From contig CBDDTI010000079.1 of assembly GCA_965233585.1 (NCBI GenBank), positions 1 through 29,882 of the forward strand: a stretch of DNA of 29,882 bases. Reading direction: 5' to 3'. The translations under genes were made by a program, and so were the position numbers. The notes beneath the pieces are model-generated. The model was not told where the DNA came from, searched no databases, and saw only the letters and a list, made by a program, of their open reading frames with translations. The stretch's first letter is position 1, and every line of letters starts with the position of its first letter. The stretch comes from a bacterium (GTDB lineage Bacteria; SAR324; NAC60-12). Shown piece after piece: positions 1-13,400 of this stretch.

Positions 1-928
1 AATGGTCGCTCGGTGTTCCTGAGAGTAGGAGGTATCCAAAGAAGGTGCCGCTTGTTTCTGACCTCGGCGATCCTCTGACCCACTGTCAGTGTCGGGCGCA
101 GTATCAGTCGTGGATGGAACCGTGTCCGTGGTCGAAGGAGCCGTAGCAGTGGTGGACGCGGCCCGGCTGGGTCGTGGTGATGGGGACGGCATGAAGATGT
201 CATCCCTCAATTCCTCCAAGGCTGGTGGTAGGATACTCACTTCAGGTTCCATCACCGGACTACTGTCCGGGCGCACCAGAGCGCTCTGGTTGACCGAGAA
301 TTGCATTCTCGGCGCTAACCAAGTCCTCGAGGGACTGAGTGCCGGCTCAGTGGGAGCAACCGGATCAAGATCAGTCATGGTGGTAGAGTCGATCCGTGCG
401 GCAGAATGTCGAATCGCGCCAGGCTGCTCAGGACCAACAAAACTAGTGCGTTCATGATGCACTACAATGGGAAGAGCCATGTCCTCCGGATCCTTGTATC
501 GGCTGAAAAGACGGGGCGCCGGTTGTGGCTCAGCGGCAGAGATAGACTTCTCCAGGAAACTGGGTGCATGGACGTCCCCTGCCTCTTGGTCGAGTGCCGG
601 CACGGAGGCGGCGCCTTCGTCGGTGACCCATGCATTCCTCGTAGGGCCCTCTGCATTGTCTTCGGCATCTTCCAGTCGGCAAAGATCATGGTCAACCTTT
701 TGAGGCACCCAGCTCTCGCCGTAGCAGCACTTTACTCGCAGCAAGACGGTGATGTCCTTCGGTTGTCGACACCAATCACCTTCGGGCCGGTCCTTCTCAT
801 TCCCATACCTACAGCTGGTGCGTTGGAGAGCGCGGGCGAGCTGAACCTGCACAGCACGATGTGCACGGAGCTGGTGGTCTTTGAGTCGTCGCACATAAGT
901 GTTGGCTGTTAATGGAGTACCTGGAACC

Positions 929-2353
929 TTACTCACCAAGTCCAGCGGGGTTGCTGGCTCCCGTCCATACAGGCACACGGATGGAGTGACTCCCGGGCTC
1001 TTGGGGACAGCGCTGCGGAGGGCGAGGAGCGCGGCAGGTAGCACTTCCTCCCAGTCGGCAGCGCTGTCCCCAAGAGCCCGTCGTGGTCCGCAGTAGCACT
1101 GAGGCTCCGGTGCGACGCGGGGAATGGAGCTGCAATGACAGAAGGGGGTGAAATGAGCACAACGGCATATCCTTCCTGCTTAGCCGCAAGACGTTCTCGG
1201 CGTGGCTCCGACTCATTCCCGTCGGTTGTCCGGAGAATCCATAGACGTTCCTTGGGTACCGCAGTCCTTGTGGTGTCAACGGGCGGATCAGGAATTCGGC
1301 AGTTTGTTGTCCTAGTAGACATTGGTGCCGCGGGGTTCGTCCAGGAATCGTCATCCTCTTTTCGTTGATCGTGATCCCCACGGGGAATTGCAGAGCAGGA
1401 TTGCGATGGTAGGTCATGATGGCGGGGACGATGATGCTGGCAAACGTTGTTGACTTGTAATCCGGTGCTCGGTCGAGCGGAAGAGCGATCTCCGCAACCT
1501 GAGTACCGGTTTGAGCTACGGCTGCAAGGAAAAACAAAGCATCAATGGGAGGTCTTGAGTGCACTTGCAGTCGGGGGAGTTCCGTTTCTGGGGGACGGGT
1601 CCTGTGAGGAAACGGACGGTAGGGGCGGACCCTGGCATCTACCGTCCGGGACGGAAAATCCTGATCTTCCTTGGGCTCCGGGGTGAGAGAACCCGGGTCT
1701 CTCTGGTCCGGGAGGCTGTCGTCTTCTGGCCCACCGGGACGAAGTCCTGCTTGTTCAAACAAGATCCTGTTCCGGATGTCCTCAGCGCTGGGTGCCGGGG
1801 TGCCATCCTCTTTCTCTCTGAGAAGGGCTCGTGTCCGTTCGAACAGGACTCGTCGGCGGAGTTCTTCCACGTTGGGAGGTAGAGTGACCTCTTCTAGCCG
1901 TCCTCCTGGAGTTTCGATCCGAATCACACGGCCGTTGATCTCCGGCAACGGAGAAGGTTGCTGAGTGGAGGGCACCTGGCTACCACGCGTTGGCCGTGGT
2001 TTGAGGAGGCTCCTTCGTCCCATCTCGGATTGACTTTGGCGTCGGGGGTCCTGGGATAGCTCTTCTCCTTGTAGGCGGAGTATCCTTAAGTCTTCGAGCA
2101 GTTGGAACCTGGTCCCATAGGCGTCCAAGAATTGAGTGAGACTCTCCGGCCCGTAGTAAGGGATGTCCATCACGGCCTCTGTGGCCGAGTCCCTCATATA
2201 CGCGAAGGCAAGTGGTTTAGCGACGCTGTCCGGCCATTGTTGGTGTTCGCAAGGGGCCTCAAATTGTACCCTCCAGACGGTGAAATCTTCCCCTGGATAG
2301 TAGTACGCTCCTCCTAGGATCGGGTAGGAGCGGTATTGGTTAACGGCTGGCAT
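929..2353 (-). pseudogene. gag-like ORF of copy A (ATG at 2353), probably read through past its original stop
   Basis: YYYPGEDFTVWRVQFE...VAKPLAFAYMRDSATEAVMDIP is homologous to the ORF at 9810 and sits in the gag position. The gag assignment is by position and helical character, not by a diagnostic motif. Confidence 0.5.
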
Positions 2354-4187
2354 TTCTAAAATGAAGAGGACAATGAAGAGGACAATGAAGAGGACAGATG
2401 GGGTTATTCTATGGCCACAAGAGCCAGGGCTCAAGGTCTGAGGTCGCAGTGGCCAGCCACTAATAAGGGAGAGACTCCCTTATTCCCTACGGAATTTCAA
2501 TGAAATGAAGTTCGTGGCTTGTTGCTGAACCAAAAGACCAAGACTTACCCTCCGGCTCACAGCCGGTAGCCCGGGAGGGGCTACTTACCCAACAATTTAG
2601 ATTCACAAGAACTACTATGTAAGCCCACTCCGGGTTGATGGATTAAAATCAAAATAAAAAGAAATTCGGACCCTGACAGTGGATGTCACTAAGTTTTAAC
2701 ACCTACTGTAGCTTACCTTATGGGGGTTTCTTTTCAAAAGAAGATGAAATGATTTCACTAAGATATTGTGGGAAAAGATGAAAAGTCAGAAGACTCTTTG
2801 GACTTTCTAATTGAGGAGGTATCTTCACCTTACCTTAGAGTGAAGAGGTAATTCAGAGGAGAGGTCTGACCCCAGAGTTCCCCTTAAATGTTTAAGGTTA
2901 AGGCTTACCTTGATGATGAAGATCTCTAGAGTTGGGGAAGATCAACTTATTTACGTCACAAGTTTTTGGGATTATTTGACTATCAGTCAAAGAATTTGAA
3001 AATATTCCAAGTGTTGGAAGGTGTTGTCGAGGTAGAGGTCGATAACAGAACGATTTGATACCAGGTTTGTTGCTCCAAGGTGGTGACTGGACTGCTGTCC
3101 AGGTGATGTCAGAAAGGGGGGAGGGGACTTCCTCCCATGTGGTCTCTTTTTCCTAATTTTATGACCCTGAGAATTTCCGGCTCAATTTTTATTACCCTGT
3201 GAATTCCAACTTTTATGACCCTGTGAATTTCTCCACCCCTTGTGGATTTCTCTTATCAAAATTTCCTAGACCATATGACTTCTTATTGCTGATAATTCCC
3301 CATAGGTTCTAACTGCTATTTCCCTAGTCTAATTCCTTGAGTAGCCTCTGCTACGTACACTGAAGTACACTGATAACCCCCCAGCGCGTTTGGTTTGGTC
3401 AAAACAACTCTCTCACGACTGTGGTGAAGCGTCTCTCCCGATGTTCCCGGGCTTGGAGTCCCCCCAAAAGGGATTGTCCAGCAGATGTCACAATGTGGCC
3501 AGTTGCAATTGTGTGTGAAATTTCCTTATGACAATCATTACCCTGTGATTTTACAACAGGATGCAAATCTCATAATTTTACCATTGTGGGACACATTTTG
3601 TGCACATTAACTCCTTCCTGTGGTTTTATGACAGGATGCGAAATTCACACTTTTATTACTCTAACTGGCTGCGATTCCTGGCCACATGTGATGCCACCAT
3701 CTGCTCTTGGACAGAGGCTGCCAAGCTGGGGAATTCGCGGAGTCCCTGACTTCGTCCCACCCCCGGGACCTGCCACAGCCTCGCGCCTACAGGCAAGGCA
3801 TCCAGCTCCTGTCTGGGAGTAGCTGGACCCTGATCTCGCTCCCTCGAGACCCCAACACACTAGAGTTGCGTGCTTACCGTAAGGAACCCGACCCTCATGA
3901 CATCGGTGATCCCAACCCTCTTCCAGGGCCCTCACACTTAATGCCCGCGCTGGGCGATGTTCTCCGGCGCTCTAGCCTCCTGCTCAGAGCCCAACATCCT
4001 TAAGTTACCCTGCCAGACGCTTTGACGGCAAGGAGCCCCAAACCTCTTGGCTTGGTGACCCGACCCCGGCTTTGTTGGCTCAGAGCCCCAGCGTCCTATG
4101 AATTCCTACCAATTTCCTTATTATTGCTAAATCCTGAATGAACTCTTAAACCCTAATGAAATCTTATCTGAATATTGCTGTTGCTGT

Positions 4188-4273
4188 TGATGATGATGAT
4201 TGGGGGACGATGATGGCGATTGGGATGATGATGGATGATGATGAGGACGATGATGGTGATTGGGATGATGATG
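4188..4273 (+). repeat. Imperfect (GAT)n microsatellite within copy A
   Basis: Visible GAT runs; a shorter (CAT)n counterpart occurs at ~8532-8551 in copy B. Confidence 0.8.
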
Positions 4274-4805
4274 AGCCTTGTTGCAACATTCCTGTATCAT
4301 TCTGCACCGGTTCCTCTACCTCCTCTTAGGCCGTTAGGCCATGGAGGTGACTTCTGTGCACCTGTAACAACTGAACAATTTAATTCTGAACAAGTCTTAT
4401 ACGAAAAAGGACGAAATGGTACCTAATGGCGGATGAATTTTGGACAAAATGAGCGGATTATTCGATTAAAATTTTGGACAATTGAACGGATTACCAGGAT
4501 TAAGACTGATCAAACGATACTTAGTCTTTTGGTTGGTAGCATGGAGCGTGCAGTGGCGTTCTCCGGTGACGGGGTACGCCCTGTACACCTCCCCCCCGGA
4601 AAAGAAGAGGAGGGCACAGCGCTGCCACCAGATGAACCGAACCGGCCCTTTCCGGTTGGTTCTGGGGCGTAGACGAGTCCGGCCTTATGGGTTCCGGATG
4701 AGTGAACTTGGCTGAAAAGACAAAGAGAATGAAATCCGGAACCTACTGCGAAGGCCGGTCCTCCGTGGCCTTAAGGTGTGCTTAAGCACGGAGGAATCGG
4801 CTACA

Positions 4806-7800
4806 CCTTGAGTAACTCGATCTCAATCAAAGGTTTCCGAATGAATCGTATTCCTGATGAAAGAGGATTTAGTCACAGAACAATCACCAAACAATCACAA
4901 GATAATTGTAAGAATTATGAAAGAATTCTGAAAGTCAATTCCTTCTGTTGAGACACGTCTTTCCTGTTTCCTGTCCGTGAATCAACTCATTTATTTACAC
5001 TACAATTACACAGGAAATCAGAGACCATGTGGTCAAACAGGAATTCCCAATATCAGTGTGAGAAGAATGTTAAATCCATTATGTACAACAGAAATGAAGA
5101 GGGAATTCCTGCTTCAGTGTAAGAAGGGTAATCAATTATGTACAACGGAAATGGAAAGAAAATAGAATGGTGGTGGCGTGAGCTAGGGTTGCCACGTGAG
5201 TTAGTGTTGCCAGAGTCTTGGGCTTTTCGGTTCACTAGACAGTGCCAACCCGCATTAATTGTCTCCGTAGTCAAGATCAGCCTAGTCTTCACACCTCCAC
5301 ATGGTGTTCCTCACCTCAAATCCTCACCAAGGCTTTAACATGCTTCAACGAGTCTTCCTGGACAAGGATTTCCGTGATATCCAGGTTGGTTGATTACCTC
5401 GAATGCGGATTTCCTTGCCATTTTCCTTAAGGTCTTTCAGAATTTCCGCGAGTCCAGGTTGGTTGAGTATCTGGAACTGTACAGCGCAACGATTCCTGGA
5501 CAAACCCAGCGGCACGAATTTCTACAAGGACAACAACCGTTGGTGCCACAAGGGCTGGTGTACCCAAGGAACGTCTGTGGGCTCTCCGGGCAACCGACAG
5601 AAATGAGTTGGAGTCACTCCGAGAACATCTTGAGGCTGCGCAGGAAGGATGTGCCGATGTGCTCGCTTCACCACCCCTAGTCATTGCAGCTCCATTCCCC
5701 ACGTTGCACCGGAGCCTCCGTGTTACTGCGGAGCGACCCAGAGACCGTCGCCTCCCCCGGAAACAACCACGCACGCGGAGTTCGACACTCTCCCTCAAGA
5801 CGCCAAGAGTGAGTGGCTAGTTGCACAGTCACGGCTCAATTCCTCACCGCTGTTGCAAAGAGACTCTCGCCTCCGCTACGTTATCCGGACCCTCTTCCGG
5901 TTCACCGACGTGATTTCAATCGGGGGCTACGGTTAAGACTAACCTCATCTCTCACACTATCACTGTCAACCCAGGCACCACCCCGATCAAGACGAAACAT
6001 CGGCCGCTGAATCCTGTGAGGGAGGAATTCTTACGGCAACCAATCGACCAACGGATGGAACAACGGGTGATGGAAGAAGCGGACTCGCTGTGGTCTTTTC
6101 CGCTCATTCCAGTCCCAAAGAAGAACAGCCGAGAAGTCCGTTGGCTCATCAACTACCGGTGATGGGACACCATCACCGAGAAAGATGCCGTCCCCTTGTC
6201 TAACATCGCAGACAATCTATCTCGTCTCACCGGCAGCCGCGTCATCTCTGCCCTCGACGGGGCCGGAGCCTTCCATGATCTGCCCTCCTCTGAGGTCCTG
6301 TGCTACCTGGACAACACCGCCTCCCACTCTGAGGATGCCTGGGGCCATCTTTGGATCCTACTCAAGGTCTTAGCGGCCTCCCGCGCCAAGGGTCTCCTGA
6401 CTTCCCCGGAGAAGGCTCAGTTGCTCCGGGATCACATCAAGTCCCTAGGACAAGAGGTCAGCGCCCACGGGACCAGCATCCCCCAGGAATACACCTCCGT
6501 CCTCAAGGACTGGCCGATCCCGGGACACCCGGAAGACCTTGCTAGCCTTCCTGGGCAAATGCGGATACTACCGGCGATTCATCGCGGATTATGCCACCAT
6601 TTCCGCGCCCCTGATCCAATATACCCAGAAGGACCAACCAGAGGAAATTCCATGCCTCTGGCAGGATGCGGCTGCTGTCAAGGCCTTCCAGGCTATGAAA
6701 CAGAAACTGATGTCCGCTCCCATCCTGGCCTGTCCACAGTTTCATGGGAAGCCATTCATCATTGACACGGATTTCAGCGTCGACCCAGGAGCCATCGGTG
6801 GTGTTCTCTCCCAGGAACAAGAGGGACAAGAACGGGTGATTGCCTGCTGCGCCAGACGCCTCTTGCCGCGGAAACGGAACTATGCCTCTACCAAAGGAGA
6901 GCTCTTGGCGGTAATCTTCTTCCTGCAGTACTATAAATATTACCTCTTACACCGGCTGTTTATTTTATGTACTGATAACCAGGCACTCACCTGGATTAGA
7001 TCTTTAGAGTCCCCAACAGGAATGATTCTTCGCTGGCTGGCAATTTTAGCCAGCTTCGACTTCACCGTCAAACACCGAAAGGGCACTCTCCTTGGAAATG
7101 CCGACTCCTTGTCCCGGACAACACACGCCGTGCTTCCGTCACCTGTTGAAGAGGAGATCTTAGTGAGTGATAAAGCCGCGGTAGTCGCAGTCCTACTAGC
7201 GCCTCCAGGATTCCCCACGGTGGAGATCAAGGGACACCAAGAGAGGGATGATTATCTTCACGAGGTTCAACAGTGGGAAGAAGGAGCCGCCTTCCGAAAT
7301 GGAGAAGCAGATGTAGTATTTTGACCAGAGGAACCTGCTTGCCTTCCTGCCCTCTTTGCACCAAGACCCTTCCTCTGGGCTGTGGAGCCTTCAGAGCCGG
7401 GAGGACGGGGTCCTCTGCGATCGCCTCTACGTTCCTCATGCCTTACGGCACCGGATTATGGAGGCTGCCCACCAAGTCCTGGGCCACGCCGGCACCAACT
7501 CAACATCCCACTTATGCCGAAAGAGAGCCTCCATGTTCCGTCTGGTTCCTGAGCTCCACGGGGTTCTACAACACTGCCGTTCCTGCCAGGTGAAGAGCCA
7601 GAAGGTACCAACACAGAAGGATGTTCACCGCCCGAGCATCCAAGCTGAAGGTCACCGGGCATACCCGGAAGGACCCCTTTTCAGGTTTGGAGTATGGATG
7701 TGCTAGGTCCCTTGCGCGCCAGTTCTGAAGGTCACCGGTACCTGCATACCCGGAAAGATGTCTTCAGCAAATGGTTCGAGGCCATACCCCTCAGCAACAC

Positions 7801-8043
7801 GGCATCAGGCCGTCCAGGTTCCGCTTGCCCGCGTCATCCAACGCACCCGCCGGGGATATGGTGACGAGAAGGACACCATCAAGCCCATGGAAAAGGTATG
7901 GTTGTTTACATCTAAATCCTCTGCCGACAGGAAATGGGCGGTCCCCTACACTGATCTTGGACGAGTCGTACAACAACTCTCCGGTACTCTTCACACCTTA
8001 CGGCCAGAGGGCAACTGGTGCCGACAACCAAAGGACATAACGT
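4806..8043 (+). mobile_element. Internal remnant of a Gypsy element (copy C) retaining pol
   Basis: ~5470-5750 is homologous to copy A ~1350->1010 (IPGQTQRHEFLQGQQ...YPRNVCGLSGQPTEMS vs IPGRTPRHQCLLGQQ...YPRNVYGFSGQPTGMS) and is followed by pol motifs. Confidence 0.65.
5981..8043 (+). pseudogene. pol: Ty3/Gypsy pol pseudogene (RT, RNase H, integrase) with frameshifts, stops and deletions
   Basis: RT: WSFPLIPVPKK...RWLINYR*, LDGAGAFH, CYLDN (degenerate YxDD), FLGKCGYYRRFI. RNase H: FIIDTDFS..AIGGVLSQ..NYASTKGELLAVI..TDNQAL. Integrase: HHCC (AHQVLGHAG..CRSCQ) and WSMDVLGPL..DVFSKWFEAIP. The RT-RH-INT order is that of Ty3/Gypsy. Confidence 0.92.
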
Positions 8044-10480
8044 TGTCACGTTTCTTTCAGGTTTATGCCTGTCTTAAGCCAGGATGACCTGCCTTCGCAG
8101 TTGGTTCCGGAACTCGTTCATCTCGTCTTTCCTGATGAGTTCACTCGTTCGAAACCCATAAGGCCGGACTCGGCTACACCAGGGGAACAGACCTGGAAGA
8201 GGCCCGGCCCGGTTCACCTGGTGGCAGCGCTGTGCCCTCCTCTTTTTTGCGGGGGAGGTGTAAAGGGCATACCTCAGTCTCCGAAGACACGCCACTGCAC
8301 GACCACTGCTACCACCAAAAGACTAAGTATCGTTTGACCATAAGTAGTACTAGTCTGTCATCCATTATTCTTTGAATTGTTCGCCATTAGGTACCATTCA
8401 GTCCATTTTTCGTGTAAGTTTTGACCTGGAATAGTTCTAGTTGTTTCAGTTAGTCGCCTCCATGGCCTAACGGCCTAAGAGGAGGTAGAGGACTCGGCTC
8501 AGAATGATCCAGGAATGTCGCAAAGAGGTACTCATCATCATCATCATCATCCCCAGGCCAGAGTTGGCCACATCAACATTCATGCAGTCGGAGTTTAAGG
8601 AGAAAAATATTAGAAGGACGCGAGGCGTCGGCAGGGTAACCTTGAGGTGCTGGACTCTGAGCAAGAGAGGCTAGAGTGCCGGGAGAGCACAGCCCAGCAT
8701 GGGCAAGCAGTGTGAGGGCCCTAGGGAGAGGGTCAGGAACGCCAATGTCTCGGGGTTGTGTTCCTTGCGGTAAGCACGCAACTCTAGTGTGTTGGGATCT
8801 CGTTGCCAGAAAGGGACGAGATCAGGGTCCAGCTGCTCCCAGACGGAGCTGGATGCCTTTACCTGTAGGCGCAAGGCTGTCTTACCGGCAGGTCCCCGGA
8901 GGAGAGGGGACGAAGACGGGGCTTTCTGGATTCTCGAGCTTGGCGGCCTCTGTCCCAACGTGGCCCCAGCAGATGGTGAGATCACACATGGATGCCATTG
9001 CAACAGGAAAGGGTTGTAAAAGTGTGGAATTCGCGTCCTGTCATAAATCGCAGGAAGAGAGTCATCAATGCGAAATTCACACATTGCCAACGTGTGGGAT
9101 TCAAATCCTGTCGTATATCGCAGGAAAAGAGACATCCAATGCAAAATTCACACATGGTTTCAATTGGCCAAATGGTGACATCTGTTGGCTAATCCCTTTT
9201 GGGGGGACTCTGAGCTCGCTACCATCAGAAGAGACCGCTTAAACCACAGTCGCGCGCTGGGGGGGTTATCGAATTAATGAGAAATCGAGGAATTAGCGAT
9301 AAAACGATAAAGAGAAACCACATGAGGTGGAGAAATTGAGAAACCATGTGGGGAGGAAGTCCCCTCCCCTTCCTGTTATCATCCTGGACACATGTCCAAC
9401 CCCTACCTTGAAAGCGACAAACCTGATATCAAATCATTCTGTTCTCGACCTCTACCTCAACAACATCTCCTATCTTGAAAAACTTTAGGGAATTACTTGG
9501 CTTGTAGCCCCATAGAACTAAAATCTTAGTGAAATCCACTACCAATTGTTCCATTCCTCTTCCAAATTGAACAGTCATCATCAGGTAAGCCTCAGTCGTA
9601 GCTTTTGAACTTCTTTGATCTTTGGGAGCCCGCCCCAGGCTACCGGCCCCAGGCCGTGAGTAAGTCTTGGTCTTTTGGTTCAGCAATAAGCCACCACTTC
9701 ATTTCATGGAAACTCCGGTAGGGAATAAGAGGATTTTCCCCTTATTACGTGGCTGAATAACCGCTACCTTGTCTTGACTCTACTCATCCTCCTATTTTCT
9801 CCGTTAGCCATGCCGGAGCAGAGCCAACAGCTTCCCCACTTAAGCAAGGTCCGGGGCTCCTACTATTACCTGAACCATGACTTCTGGAGATGGAGAGCCC
9901 GTTTCGAAAATCTTGTGGACCAACATCGGTTGGCGGACCCCGTAGCCAAACAATTTGCTTTCGCCTGTATGCGCGATCTGACCACCCAAACCGTTATGGA
10001 CATCCCACTCTACGGACCCGAAACCCTGGGCCAGATGCTGAACGCCTACCAAAACCGGTTTTGCCTAGTTGAGGACTTGGTGCGTCTCTGAATGCGAAGG
10101 GGAGGAAACTTTCGCGATCCCCGCTATCGACGCCGTGTCAGAAGGAGGAGGAGCCTCTTTAGACCACTACCAAAAAGAGGAATCCAAGCGCCGATCCCGA
10201 CACCGCCCACTGAAAGGGTAGTCCCCATCGATACCGATGGGGGGGGCAGCTCGCCGAGATCATCCTGCCCCCTGACGCCAAAGACACTGAGGCAGAAAGG
10301 ATTGCCAGAAGAACAAAACTGACGATTGCTGTGACGGAGGACCTCCCAGTCCCGCACCAAGAGGGCCCAATTCGCCGTGGCAAAATTCCATCGGAAGGGT
10401 CTCAGGATTTTCCGTCAGGACAGTAGCTGATAGGGTCCACCTCTACTGTCCTTTTCCCCACCGGACCCGTCCTCCCGAAG
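8044..10480 (+). mobile_element. Decayed Gypsy-family LTR retroelement, copy B (5' part), abutting the end of the pol remnant
   Basis: Starts TGTCAC at 8044, exactly where the integrase-tail frame breaks. Colinear with the reverse complement of 4805->~1570. A candidate LTR end GTGACA lies at 9175-9180 (unverified). Confidence 0.7.
9810..10426 (+). pseudogene. gag-like ORF of copy B, interrupted by an in-frame TGA (10089-10091) and a frameshift
   Basis: YYYLNHDFWRWRARFE...VAKQFAFACMRD..VMDIPLYGPETL is homologous to copy A; it ends QDFPSGQ*. Confidence 0.55.
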
Positions 10481-13400
10481 CCACTACCATATCGATTGAG
10501 CGACCCTCTTCGCAGGCCACTAATATCTTGTACTGTTTTGCAGTCTCAGTTCCCCTGAGAAGAAGGATGAGCACGAACGACCAACCGCGCAACATCAGGT
10601 GGGAGTTCCCAGCCCTTGCCCTCCACAATTCCTCTAAGGCTTCAGTCAACCCCGTGGAGAGCGACATCAGGGAAGAAACTCGAGTGGCCCCTCACCGACC
10701 TGGGACCTCAAAGCGGAGACTCCAACCACCAAGGGAGCCTTCCACCGGGGCGAGGGATGCCGTTCCCAGAACCATATCGCCCACTAGACCCAATGGTCCT
10801 GATGCCGACGGTGCCAGCAGAATAGGCGTCGACACCGATCAGAATCACTTCAGCTATACTCGGGGGGGGGGGGGCTACGGCCGTTATGGGACCGGAGGTG
10901 GATTATTTGATGACTACTCTACACACCGGGTCGACCGACAAACGGAATGACAAGCATGGTTGACGAGGAACCCGTTGCTCAGTCGAGCTGAGTAGGACCT
11001 CCCACAACTGCACATGGCTCCTAGCCCAAGGCCAAGAAGGTCTACTGAAAGGGCTCTCGCCAGGAAGAAAAGATCAAAGAGCTCTGCATGGGAAGAGTCA
11101 AAAGCTGAAGACGGTACCCATGACGAAGTCACCCTGGGTGAGGAGAGTGATGGAGATTGTTTTGTAGAACCACCCGATGCTAACCTTGGCATCCAGGCAT
11201 TCGACGCTACAAACCCGAAGATCCAGGGATCCCCTGTGGAATTGTCCCCACCAGAGTCTTCAAAGGAGATGAGCCTGCTCCAGGGACTCCATGTTCCACC
11301 CATGACATTTCCCAAGAAAAACCTTCTCAAGCGGGACCTGATAAGAGACATTTCACCTTCAGAATCTCCAGACTCCGACGTTGAAGTGGTCGGACCCCTC
11401 ATTATAACCACCGACCCGAAGGCCAAAGAGGGAAACACCACAGCAAACCCGAAGAATCCCTCCCCTCTGGTTGTGGTCATTTAAACAGAAAGATTGGGGA
11501 TGGAGAAGAAATTGCCGAAGGGGCATTGGGCGGATTCCGATTCTAACGAATCCCTTCTGAGAACAGTCTTCCGGTCCAGCATGAGGGAACACTCTCCCTC
11601 CAGCGGCAGTCCATCTTCCAGTACCTCCGCTGTCAAGAGTCAGGACGATCTTGTGGAGTTGCCCTCCATCTACTGGGACGCGCCCTGCCCGGCTCGTGTT
11701 CCCAACATAAAGTTGTCGCCGGACCGGCACGCGAGCACCCTGTTTTGGTCGCAATGTAGGAAGACCCTGTAGACTTGGAAACCAACAAAAGTGATCTTTT
11801 CCGTGACGAAACCGGACGACCCGTGGTTGCCAGGTGAGGCAGTGTTGTCAGAGCCTTGGAGGCTGAAAACAGTGATCTTTTCAGTGACTAAACTGGACAA
11901 CCCACGGCTACCAAGTGAGTCAGTGTTGCTAGAGCTTTGGGCTTGGAGGTCGAATGAAAAATTAATGATTCGGAATACTTTGGGAATTCGGGACTTGCAA
12001 ATGATTCTTCCCAATTTGGATGTTCAGTTTGTGGGGAAGTCAGGTGACGCCTGTAGGACTGCGGCTGCCGCGGCTTCACTCCCCCCTTGAGGGCTTTCCG
12101 TAGGGAATGCCGGGGGAATTAATCATCGGAGCTTCTCCCCATAGGATTCGGAACCAAGACTCTGAACATTGGACAGTCGAAGAGTGGATTCAGGCTCCCC
12201 ACAACCCGATCGCAGGTACCACCGGCCCGTGACTACCTCTTCCTGGCCTCCCGTCCTTCACCCACGGATGCCCCGCCAGACCAAATAGCGACCCTGTCAA
12301 CAGAGGCCTCTACGAAGACAGATCACTACATTATTAATGGTGCCCTTTTTCACTTTGAGTGTCTCTTACACTGTGCCATGCTTGTGGTTAAGTGGTCACC
12401 AGCGTGTCTCCTGGTCAGCGGGTCTAGGAGTAAACCTGTGACATCTCTGGCCCCGTCCCGGTCACGCATCCCAGCCACCATTCTAAGGCCAGTCTGGTAT
12501 TTCGCCACCTTCCGGAGGAGCGCTACACCGACGGCAGGGACTTGCCCTCTCTGGAAGAAGATCCCACACCGCTCCTTGAAGGAATGCTGCCCACCGCACA
12601 GTTGTAGTGACCTGAGCCCTGTCACCCTTGTCATTGTCATGCGATATGAACGAAACAATCCAGTAAGTTCCTGCTCCGGCTATAACATTTATCAGTTTCC
12701 CTTTTACACAGATTCTGATATGGCTACCACCCTGGAGATGAACGAGATAACCCAGCTCTGTCCATGGAGCCCCCTCGAGGGAAATGGCTTGCCATGACAG
12801 GTTTTTGAACAGGTACGCCGTGGAAGGACGACTCCCAGCCACGCAGACAGTTGAGTCTTGCCGACAGCCGCGATTCTTCCGGGCGTCGAGGGCGCGAAAC
12901 AAGGGCTGCCGGCCCTCCCGACTCGGTCGGTCCTAACAGCTGCTTCCTTGTCCAGATCAACACCCCGACTAGCTCATCCATGTCCGGAGGGCTTCACCTC
13001 ACTTCTCCATTCGCTTCTACACGGACCCCTCAGTACATCATCTTAGGTTCGCTTGCAGGACTCCTCCCCGTCGCCACGGCCAACCGCTTCACCCTCAAGA
13101 GTGGATATGGCACGTTGAAGCCTGGTATCACCTCACGGCGGACTGCTCCGACCCTTGGAAGTACAGGCCTACTGCAGCGTTCCAGCCAGCCACTGCAGCA
13201 TCCGGGCTACCCCCGTCCAAAAGGATCGACCACCACAGTTCCAACTCTTGCAAAAGGAGAAGAAAAGGTATCTCACCGCATACGTTTGTTTCATTTTTAA
13301 GATGGATATCAGCTACAACTGCGGAGCATACGGACACCCGGAGCTGGATCCCTTGCACTGGTCTTTCTCAGTCAGAATGGTCTCATTCGAACAGTAATGA

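Larger units (their letters stand above)
1..4805 (-). mobile_element. Decayed Gypsy-family LTR retroelement, copy A (runs leftward; left limit uncertain)
   Basis: The reverse complement begins TGTAGC at 4805. It is colinear with 8044-~10480 (e.g. 4512-4760 vs 8090-8337, 3700-4020 vs 8630-8990, 2460-2570 vs 9640-9750). Segment ~1010-1350 is also homologous to ~5470-5750, which leads into a Gypsy pol. Confidence 0.7.

Noticed and set aside
8044..9432. Exact LTR end and primer-binding site of copies A and B
   Set aside because: Several candidates exist (GTGACA at 9180; TG(G/A)TATCA near 9424 and 3063; GTTACA near 4363 in copy A), and no second LTR is present in the window to decide.
89..13397. 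Most short ORFs in the left block as host genes
   Set aside because: Overlapping, motif-free, mostly non-ATG ORFs, as expected in GC-rich decayed transposon DNA.
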